Positions 1 through 6,685 of a stretch of 17,144 nt of DNA are shown here, in pieces. The stretch's first letter is position 1; the number at the start of each line of letters is the position of its first letter. The DNA is from Nanopusillaceae archaeon (GTDB lineage: Archaea; Nanobdellota; Nanobdellia; Nanobdellales; Nanobdellaceae). Made by a program: the position numbers and the translations under genes. Location of the stretch: contig JBMFJD010000013.1 in the NCBI GenBank assembly GCA_049974095.1, positions 1-17,144 of the forward strand, read 5' to 3'. Below the pieces are notes generated by a model that made no database searches, was not told the DNA's origin, and worked only from the letters and a program-made list of their open reading frames with translations.

Positions 1-396
1 TTCTATTGTAATATTTTGTGTTAGATTTACTCCATATGTATTTACATAATGCTCTATAAATTTCTCTGTTATTCCTGACATATTTTCATAAACAACCATA
101 TTAATATATGTTACTCTATTTTCATGTATAAACTCTACTACTGTTTCATTTGTTCCATTTTGTGTAACTGTCATCTCTCCATGGAATACCATATTGAAAT
201 TTCCATGTTTTGTCTCTACTGTTATTGTTCCGTTTGTTGTCATAAATGGTAGGTTAACGTATCCATTAGATATTACTAAATTATTGCTTCCTATTTGTAC
301 ATTATAGATTCCTATCAATTGTGCTTGGATTCCTGGTTGAGCAAACACTACTGGCAATGCTAACAATGGTAAAAACAGTGTAATTACCTTTCTCAT
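1..396 (-). CDS. Secreted, N-glycosylatable protein; N-terminal 132 aa only, gene continues past the window start
   Basis: I checked codon by codon that the minus-strand frame is open from the ATG (396-394) to base 1. It is missing from the ORF track because no stop lies in the window. Translation starts MRKVITLFLPLLALPVVFAQPGIQ, a signal-peptide-like n/h/c region. There are six N-x-S/T sequons (NGT x2, NET, NMS, NLT, NIT). The 'AQP' after the hydrophobic core also occurs in the 614-aa glycoprotein. Confidence 0.6.
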   Translation of the reverse strand, partial: MRKVITLFLPLLALPVVFAQPGIQAQLIGIYNVQIGSNNLVISNGYVNLPFMTTNGTITVETKHGNFNMVFHGEMTVTQNGTNETVVEFIHENRVTYINMVVYENMSGITEKFIEHYVNTYGVNLTQNITIE

Positions 397-420
397 AATA
401 TATAATTAACACTTATTACT

Positions 421-453
421 TAAATGTTTATAGTGTAATAAATATAAACATTT
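421..453. promoter_or_regulatory. Perfect 11-bp inverted repeat (aaatgtttata-N10-tataaacattt) in the divergent promoter between the secreted-protein gene and the RHH gene
   Basis: Arms at 422-432 and 443-453 are exact reverse complements. The right arm holds a TATA-like 'tataaa' 27 nt upstream of ATG 470. The left arm read on the minus strand lies 36 nt upstream of ATG 396. The 12-mer taaatgtttata recurs at 12448-12459. Confidence 0.5.
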
Positions 454-469
454 GTTAGATACATATAAT

Positions 470-691
470 ATGGACAAAGAGAAGAAACTCAAAAATGTTA
501 CAACAACTGTACCAATAGAAATATATGAAAAAATTAAGGAAATGAAGATACCAATATCTAGACTTATATTACTAGGATACGAATCAGCCACTAAACAAAA
601 AGAAGAGGACAATCAAATAAGAGACTTACTAATAAGAATATATAACAAATTGTTAGATATTGAAGAATTAATAAAAAAGCCTAAATCTTAA
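470..691 (+). CDS. Ribbon-helix-helix (CopG/Arc/MetJ-like) DNA-binding protein, 73 aa
   Basis: The track ORF 452..691 starts at a TTG. The in-frame ATG at 470 sits 27 nt from the TATA-like box. MDKEKKLKNVTTTVPIEIYEKIKEMKIPISRLILLGYES fits a beta-strand/helix/turn/helix RHH pattern, followed by a coiled-coil-like tail. Confidence 0.55.
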   Translation: MDKEKKLKNVTTTVPIEIYEKIKEMKIPISRLILLGYESATKQKEEDNQIRDLLIRIYNKLLDIEELIKKPKS

Positions 692-1340
692 GAAAGTTAA
701 CATAGTTCCTATTCATATATAGTTTCTTTAAGAAATCATATAATTTTCTAATATTATTAACATCTCTTAGATTATACTCTACTAATTTATTAATATCGCT
801 ATATAAATCTTCTGTAAATTCATATTTTTCATCTAAATTTAACTCTTGAACTATATCTTTTAAAGAATAAAACTTAAAATCTCCTTTCTTTGCATACATA
901 TATATTGCTGTTGGTACAACAAGATCTAATATAGATACTATACTAAAGAATCTGGTCAGTGGTTTTATATTATACTTTCTAGCTTTATATATTAATAATG
1001 GAATATCTAAATACATTATACCATATCCAACGATTTGTCCAATTAACTTATTATATAATATTTTCCCAAGATGCTCTAATATTCTTTTTTCATCATCTAT
1101 ACCTCCATAAACAGTAAATGGTTCTAATTCATATTCATCAGTTACAATATTTCCACTATTTACAACATGGTTAACTGGTAATAACATAGCGACAGAGATT
1201 ATATGTACATTATCAAAACTAAGATTTTCATCAAATTTTGGATATGTTTCTATATCTATGAACCCGACATATCTATTATCATATAATCTAAACAAATTAT
1301 GAAAGTGTATATTCCAAGACCTTATCAACGCCTCATCCAT
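681..1340 (-). CDS. Stand-alone DEDDy-type 3'-5' exonuclease (RNase H-like fold; PolB exonuclease-domain / YprB-like), 219 aa
   Basis: Exo I-like motif YVGFIDIETYP. Exo II-like motif IVGYGIMYLDIPLLIYKARKYNI. Exo III-like motif YNLRDVNNIRKLYDFL (Y-x3-D). The first 19 codons of the track ORF (to 1397) run through the promoter region, so I start at the internal Met (MDEALIRSW, 1340), which is 28 nt from a TATA box. Confidence 0.6.
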   Translation of the reverse strand: MDEALIRSWNIHFHNLFRLYDNRYVGFIDIETYPKFDENLSFDNVHIISVAMLLPVNHVVNSGNIVTDEYELEPFTVYGGIDDEKRILEHLGKILYNKLIGQIVGYGIMYLDIPLLIYKARKYNIKPLTRFFSIVSILDLVVPTAIYMYAKKGDFKFYSLKDIVQELNLDEKYEFTEDLYSDINKLVEYNLRDVNNIRKLYDFLKKLYMNRNYVNFLKI

Positions 1341-1406
1341 TACTATATGATATAACAAATATTTATATGTGTTAAAGAATATAATTATATAAAACAAATA
1401 TTAATA
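1341..1406. promoter_or_regulatory. Divergent promoter region for the exonuclease and membrane-protein genes
   Basis: The element aaatatttatatgtgtt (1357-1373) is 28 nt from minus-strand ATG 1340. A second TATA-like box, ataattatataaaac, lies about 25 nt before plus-strand ATG 1407. Bases 1352-1373 are a perfect 22-bp reverse-complement match to 15740-15761. Confidence 0.5.
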
Positions 1407-2057
1407 ATGAAGGAAGAGACATACATATATATACTATTGTTTCTAGCAACATTACTCTTATTATTAACAGGATATAATCAATTAGCATATAACCCTGCAA
1501 ACGCAGCAATACTAGGATTTATCGTATTTTCAATATCCGTAGGACTATCTTTCCTATTATTATACTATATAGTACTATTTATTATTAGAAAAGAAATGTT
1601 TAATCCAATCTTGTTATTCTTTCCACTATTAGCAGCATTAGGATATTCATTAGCAAAGAAAGCAATAACTGGAGTATCAGTACAGGTATTAGGATCCACT
1701 GGACCACAAGCAGCATTATTACAGATAGTATCATTACTATCAGGATATGGAACTACAATAGAAATATTCGGAGCATGGCTTGGTTTTATAGTAATAGGTG
1801 CTTCTATTGCTTTAATCTTATTTGTATTAATATTAGCATCATATAACCAGATAGAAATGAATAGAGCATTAGAAGTAGCAATATTAGCGGGATTTGGTAT
1901 AGCCGCAGGGTTCGTTACAGGTCATTTAGCAACAACATCATTCTTATATCCTTTCGCAGCAACTGGAGGACCAACAATATATATCCCAGTATTCGGTATA
2001 ACATTAACTATTGGATTAGCTGCATTAGTAGGATCTATATACTTACTTAGACTTTAA
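1407..2057 (+). CDS. Polytopic membrane protein, 216 aa, about 6 predicted TM helices
   Basis: Long ORF with repeated about 20-residue hydrophobic stretches, e.g. IYILLFLATLLLLLTGY, AILGFIVFSISVGLSFLLLYYIVLFII and GFIVIGASIALILFVLILA. Promoter is upstream. Confidence 0.65.
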   Translation: MKEETYIYILLFLATLLLLLTGYNQLAYNPANAAILGFIVFSISVGLSFLLLYYIVLFIIRKEMFNPILLFFPLLAALGYSLAKKAITGVSVQVLGSTGPQAALLQIVSLLSGYGTTIEIFGAWLGFIVIGASIALILFVLILASYNQIEMNRALEVAILAGFGIAAGFVTGHLATTSFLYPFAATGGPTIYIPVFGITLTIGLAALVGSIYLLRL

Positions 2058-3123
2058 CTGCTCTAGGCATTAATACACCTTCAAACATAGATACTATATC
2101 TTCAATACTATATCTTAGGTAATCCCAAGGTAATAATGCCTTCATTATTACTCTATCTACTCCCCTTAGATAATCTATAATGTAGAAGTATGCAGGTAAT
2201 ACATCAACCATCTTTTTATTTTGATCATCTCTTTTCTTTAATTCAGATACATCATCTTTTACTTCAACACCAATTTGTGCTGCAAGAGCAATCATATCCT
2301 TTTCAACAACAGCTGCATCTGTATCACTTAAATCTTCATGAGGAGATATCCTTAATATATATTCCCAATCACCTATAGAACCATAACCAAGAGTCCTTTG
2401 TTCTTCAGAGAACAAATATGATGGAAATACTACATCATACCCAGATACTATTGATAATGATCTCATTACTTTAATATTATATAATACAAATGGTTCAAAT
2501 GTACCTATCTGTAAATCATTATTAACCTCATACATAAAGTTTTCAATATGTACAAATGTACCAAGAATAAATTCAAATGCACCTTTGCCACCAGTACCAA
2601 CATAATCTGTAGAGATATCTATTAATGTCTTAACCATTTTATTATAATAGTCATAAAATTCAGGATAAATTGGTTTTAATATATTCTCACCAAGGCTAAA
2701 TGTATATACTACTCTATTTATCCATCCATGTAAATTAATTAAGAAGGTCATATAATTTTCCCCATTAACAACCATCCTAAGATCTTCACCCATAGTAATA
2801 AATTCGTCCAATAATGATATTGGCAATATATCCGATATTTGCCTATATCTATTGTATAAATCCCTATATTGATTTAAATAAGGTTCAATCCTCTGTCTAG
2901 TAGATTTGCTAGACCTTGAATAAACTGCCACAAATAAACCAAAAAACCTAGGTATATCATTATATCTTATATTTCTAACAGTAGTATTTGGGAATGCTGA
3001 TCTCCATATCTGTGTAGCTTGATTAGAAAATGTTGTAGTCAATCTATTTCTAAATTCTCTTAATAATCCCAATAAACCATCTCTTTTTCTATACTTATCT
3101 ATAAGGTCCCTTGCACTTACCAT
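2047..3123 (-). CDS. Hypothetical protein, 358 aa; no family recognised, possible virion protein
   Basis: Long ORF with balanced composition. It has its own promoter, tttatatgtgtt, 29 nt upstream of the ATG. I found no diagnostic motif. Confidence 0.6.
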   Translation of the reverse strand: MVSARDLIDKYRKRDGLLGLLREFRNRLTTTFSNQATQIWRSAFPNTTVRNIRYNDIPRFFGLFVAVYSRSSKSTRQRIEPYLNQYRDLYNRYRQISDILPISLLDEFITMGEDLRMVVNGENYMTFLINLHGWINRVVYTFSLGENILKPIYPEFYDYYNKMVKTLIDISTDYVGTGGKGAFEFILGTFVHIENFMYEVNNDLQIGTFEPFVLYNIKVMRSLSIVSGYDVVFPSYLFSEEQRTLGYGSIGDWEYILRISPHEDLSDTDAAVVEKDMIALAAQIGVEVKDDVSELKKRDDQNKKMVDVLPAYFYIIDYLRGVDRVIMKALLPWDYLRYSIEDIVSMFEGVLMPRAVKV

Positions 3124-3152
3124 AAAAATAATATGTGATCAACACATATAAA
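3124..3152 (-). promoter_or_regulatory. Promoter of the 358-aa gene with palindrome atatgtg-atcaa-cacatat
   Basis: Inverted repeat at 3131-3149 (7-bp arms, 5-nt spacer). The 13-mer aacacatataaat (3141-3153) is identical to 15740-15752. Read on the minus strand, tttatatgtgtt starts 29 nt before the ATG. Confidence 0.5.
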
Positions 3153-3776
3153 TTATATACCAACAGCAATAATTGTCACAACCAGTAATAATATAACATC
3201 CATTAATAATATTTGCTGATATGTTAATGCAGCTAAGAAGAATCCACCTAAACCCAAGGATAATATAAAAAGTATTATAAACCCGATAACCATAGATAAT
3301 CTACCAATCCTTGGATATAGTGCATATACAAAGTATGTATAGAATAATAATAATACAAAATATGGAATAAGAATATCTGATAAAGGTACTTTATACATTG
3401 TCATATAATACATCAAATCACTATAGAATTTTAGAATTAAAGCAAGATCTGTTGGAGAAGCAAGAGTTGTAGTAACATTTGTATTAACAACTGTAGTATT
3501 ATTTTGCACTATTGTAAATGTATGAGGTACATAAACGGGTAAATAGTAAATAAATACAAGGATATATGCTACTGCCATTACTATTGTAAAAAATCCAAAT
3601 TTAGGAATGATAGAAGATAAAATATTTCTTATTACTAATGAAATTAAGAATAATAATATGACAACAAATATTATAATTAATATTGTAGATATTTCAAAAC
3701 CATGAAATAAAGAAGATATATTTGATACTGTAGAAGAAATAGAGCTATTAGTTACATTAAATATTGTTATATTCAT
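3153..3776 (-). CDS. Polytopic membrane protein, 207 aa, with N-glycosylation sequons
   Basis: Hydrophobic segments include ILIIIFVVILLFLISLVI, FFTIVMAVAYILVFIYYL, YFVLLLFYTYFVYALY and VIGFIILFILSLGLGGFFLAAL. Loops contain NVT, NSS, NIS, NTT and NVT. The start overlaps the upstream stop in an ATGA. Confidence 0.65.
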   Translation of the reverse strand: MNITIFNVTNSSISSTVSNISSLFHGFEISTILIIIFVVILLFLISLVIRNILSSIIPKFGFFTIVMAVAYILVFIYYLPVYVPHTFTIVQNNTTVVNTNVTTTLASPTDLALILKFYSDLMYYMTMYKVPLSDILIPYFVLLLFYTYFVYALYPRIGRLSMVIGFIILFILSLGLGGFFLAALTYQQILLMDVILLLVVTIIAVGI

Positions 3777-4222
3777 CTTAATAAATTGCTTATCCTATCT
3801 AATACTTTCACTTCAGCTTCATAATTATATGGCCTACTATTAAATACTTCATGGGCATAACGATATATAACTTCATATGCATTTGCAGTAAGATTATATA
3901 TTAAATTATTTGCCAATCCCGTCAATTCTGGAACAGGCAATTGATTTGTCCTTAATAATGTAACATCTCTATCAAATCTTCTCATAAAGTATATTTGCAT
4001 ATCTGCAAGCTCCGGATCTAACTTAGTACCTAATACATATTTCTCAGATAGAGGATGATAAAATAAAGGTTCTCTTGGATCTATTTCTGATAATTTATAA
4101 TGATCTTCATCAAAGTCGAATTTTAATTTAAATTGATATTGATATCCTGGGAAAAATATTAATCTTCTAAAAGAAAACATACAAAATGGACATCCTCTAC
4201 TATATCTTACAACCCAGGTCAT
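3773..4222 (-). CDS. Thioredoxin-fold (glutaredoxin-like) protein with a CPFC motif, 149 aa
   Basis: The N-terminus TWVVRYSRGCPFCMFSFRRL matches the beta1-CxxC-alpha1 glutaredoxin pattern (CPYC/CPFC class). A downstream LPVPEL could be the cis-Pro loop. ATGA overlaps at both ends. Confidence 0.4.
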   Translation of the reverse strand: MTWVVRYSRGCPFCMFSFRRLIFFPGYQYQFKLKFDFDEDHYKLSEIDPREPLFYHPLSEKYVLGTKLDPELADMQIYFMRRFDRDVTLLRTNQLPVPELTGLANNLIYNLTANAYEVIYRYAHEVFNSRPYNYEAEVKVLDRISNLLR

Positions 4223-4545
4223 CCTCTTATAAATTTCCTAATCTTTTTAGCCAATTCAGGATATCTATATAATAGATATGTTATATCGAATGTAAATAGA
4301 TCTATCTTTGTTGGCTTTGGCTTGAATATATTAATAACTTTATCAGTTATATCTCTAAATCCATATGATTGATATTTTCTTCTATTTAATGGAGTATCCG
4401 CATCAATTCCTACAAGATTTATTTTACCAGATATAGGATCCATCTCATATAGATATAATAATCTATTGAACATTTCATTACCATATATTCCTAACCATCC
4501 CTCAACATATTTATCAGGTACAGATATCATAAATCTTAGTGTCAT
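4219..4545 (-). CDS. Hypothetical protein, 108 aa
   Basis: ORF in the ATGA-coupled chain. No recognisable motif. Confidence 0.5.
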   Translation of the reverse strand: MTLRFMISVPDKYVEGWLGIYGNEMFNRLLYLYEMDPISGKINLVGIDADTPLNRRKYQSYGFRDITDKVINIFKPKPTKIDLFTFDITYLLYRYPELAKKIRKFIRG

Positions 4546-5546
4546 GGTAATCCTAAATTAAGGAATACTTGGGCTATATCTGGATGAGCCTGTGCTATCT
4601 TATTTAATGATTTCCTAAATATATCTGGATCTATTGATACATATTCTACTTCCTTACCAGTTGCTGCATCTGTCTCCTTATGTACTGTAATAAATAGTCC
4701 CATACCATATACTTTACATTTATTCCATATAGAGTTTATTAGCTCGCGAGTATCTTTAGGATCCATACTAAGGGTTGATGCTAGTTCATCGATAGATATA
4801 CTTAACTTTGGATATAATGCTCCTCTTTGTAATAATGTTAATATAAGATTTACTTCATTATCACTAAATATTGGCTTAGGTGATACTAATGGTCTATTAT
4901 ATAATGATTTTATATACTCCAATTTAGCATCAGTAGCTGCACTAGATAATTCTTCTGTCCTATTACTTTCCTCTGTTTCAGGTTGTTCTGCAACTTCTTC
5001 TACAGTCTGTCTTAATTCCTTAATCTTTTTAGCAATTTTACTTCTTTCCTCTACCAATGCAGAAATATATTGTCTTCTATATAATAAATATGCTATAACA
5101 TCATCAATTGGTCTTGTAAATATTTCTTTATAGAATTCTATTAAATCACCAAAATATGATAATAATTGAGAAACAGATAATATCCTTGGTACCTCACCTC
5201 TAACCTTTGTTAATATTGTCTCTATTAATGCTTGTATATAATTTAATGTAATACTAACTTGTGTATTTATTAAATCTGCAACACTCTTAGCCAATTCTTT
5301 ATTATCTGGATTTCTTATTAATAAATATGTAACTACATAATCTATTGCAATTCCCCTTATTACATCAATCCATCCAATTTTCTTAACCAATTGTTCTACT
5401 TCCTCACGTTCATATAAATAATTCAACTTATCTAATAATACAATTGCATCCATATACCTACTAAATAATCCTGTAGATACTAGTACCTTATACTTCTCAG
5501 GATTTTCATATATTAAATTTCTAATAACTTCAGTATATAGCGTCAT
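4542..5546 (-). CDS. Hypothetical helical protein, 334 aa, with an acidic linker and a possible C-terminal winged-helix
   Basis: ORF in the ATGA-coupled chain. Acidic stretch EEVAEQPETEESNRTEE. The C-terminal ISIDELASTLSMDPKDTRELINSIWNKCKVYGMGLFITV resembles HTH plus wing. Confidence 0.55.
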   Translation of the reverse strand: MTLYTEVIRNLIYENPEKYKVLVSTGLFSRYMDAIVLLDKLNYLYEREEVEQLVKKIGWIDVIRGIAIDYVVTYLLIRNPDNKELAKSVADLINTQVSITLNYIQALIETILTKVRGEVPRILSVSQLLSYFGDLIEFYKEIFTRPIDDVIAYLLYRRQYISALVEERSKIAKKIKELRQTVEEVAEQPETEESNRTEELSSAATDAKLEYIKSLYNRPLVSPKPIFSDNEVNLILTLLQRGALYPKLSISIDELASTLSMDPKDTRELINSIWNKCKVYGMGLFITVHKETDAATGKEVEYVSIDPDIFRKSLNKIAQAHPDIAQVFLNLGLP

Positions 5547-6685
5547 GCTTGTTGTTGAGGTGGTTGTTGTTGGCCTTGAGGTTGTTGTGGTGCTTGTGGT
5601 ATAGATATATTACCAGATAATATACCTCTAATTTCTGCCAATTGTGCAGACAATTGCTTTAATTTATCTATTACATCATTTTGTACTGCAATAATTTTTT
5701 CTGGAGCTAATGATGTTTCTAATGTTTTAATCCTTGCTGAATATTCATTAATCAGATCTTGTAAGTGCTCAGATTTTGATCTTTCTTGAGCAACATCCAA
5801 TTGCATTGCAGTACTAGATTCTACTGCTGCGAGTGTCGTAGGTAATACAATATTCTTAATATCTCTCATTGTTTTTTCATATAGATTCAATGAAGCAGTA
5901 GATACCGTACTAGCTACAGAGTTATATACCTTCTGTATCTGATTCTGTACAGATATCATCTCAGCATTAACCTTCGTAGATTCTAAATCATTTACTAATC
6001 TATTAATTGTTTGTTGTAATTCACCAATTATCTTTTCTGCTGGTTCACCACCATACATTCTATTCAATAAGTATGCAGGTACCTTTACAAGATTACCAGT
6101 TGGATCCTTATATAATAATAATGTAATTGATTCTGGAAGTTGTGATGCTAAATTTTCTGGATGGAATATTGCTTCCCATAATGAACCAAAGGGAGGTGTC
6201 ATAAATTCTTCTTTACCAGCTTTAATAACAAAGGCAATACCACCATCAGGATGTATAATTATATCTTTTAAATATCCTAACTTTTGTTTTGTTATATCAT
6301 AAACAACAGGAGGTTTTCTGAATGGAAGTAATCCTGCAGATCTAGCCCTCCTTAATAGATCATATAGTGATATTGGTAATTTACCAGTAGCCTTTTCTTC
6401 CTCATATAATTCTTCTAATATCTTACCAAATGCTTGCGACCTTAATTTATTTAACTCCTCTTCTAATTGTTTAGCTTTCTCCTCGCTTAATATTTTTTCC
6501 TGTCTTTCCTTTAATAATTGCTCGGTTAAAATTCTTGTTTGCTCATCTCTTGGTAATTGGGATATATCAATATTAGTAGGTTTAATTACACCAGCTGCTT
6601 TACCAAACTTATACTTAATATAATTAATCATTAAAGAGAAGGTATATTTATAGGCTTCCAATAATGTTTTAAATGGATTCTTCAT
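5543..6685 (-). CDS. Coiled-coil protein, 380 aa, with a Q/P-rich C-terminal tail
   Basis: Heptad-like charged segments (EQLLKERQEKILSEEKAKQLEEELNKLRSQ, and the C-terminal half). Tail is PQAPQQPQGQQQPPQQQA. ATGA overlaps at both ends. Confidence 0.6.
   Translation of the reverse strand: MKNPFKTLLEAYKYTFSLMINYIKYKFGKAAGVIKPTNIDISQLPRDEQTRILTEQLLKERQEKILSEEKAKQLEEELNKLRSQAFGKILEELYEEEKATGKLPISLYDLLRRARSAGLLPFRKPPVVYDITKQKLGYLKDIIIHPDGGIAFVIKAGKEEFMTPPFGSLWEAIFHPENLASQLPESITLLLYKDPTGNLVKVPAYLLNRMYGGEPAEKIIGELQQTINRLVNDLESTKVNAEMISVQNQIQKVYNSVASTVSTASLNLYEKTMRDIKNIVLPTTLAAVESSTAMQLDVAQERSKSEHLQDLINEYSARIKTLETSLAPEKIIAVQNDVIDKLKQLSAQLAEIRGILSGNISIPQAPQQPQGQQQPPQQQA

Noticed and set aside
406-612. 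Minus-strand 68-aa ORF antisense to the RHH gene, plus the similar antisense ORFs 2190-2378(+) and 15635-15838(+)
   Set aside because: They lie opposite more plausible genes and give low-complexity translations. They have no promoter or start context.
1341-1397. N-terminal extension of the exonuclease ORF (MFYIIIFFNTYKYLLYHIV), and the TTG-initiated extension of the glycoprotein ORF (8527-8583)
   Set aside because: The extensions read straight through TATA-box sequences and encode implausible peptides. Internal ATGs sit at the expected about 25-30 nt from TATA-like boxes.
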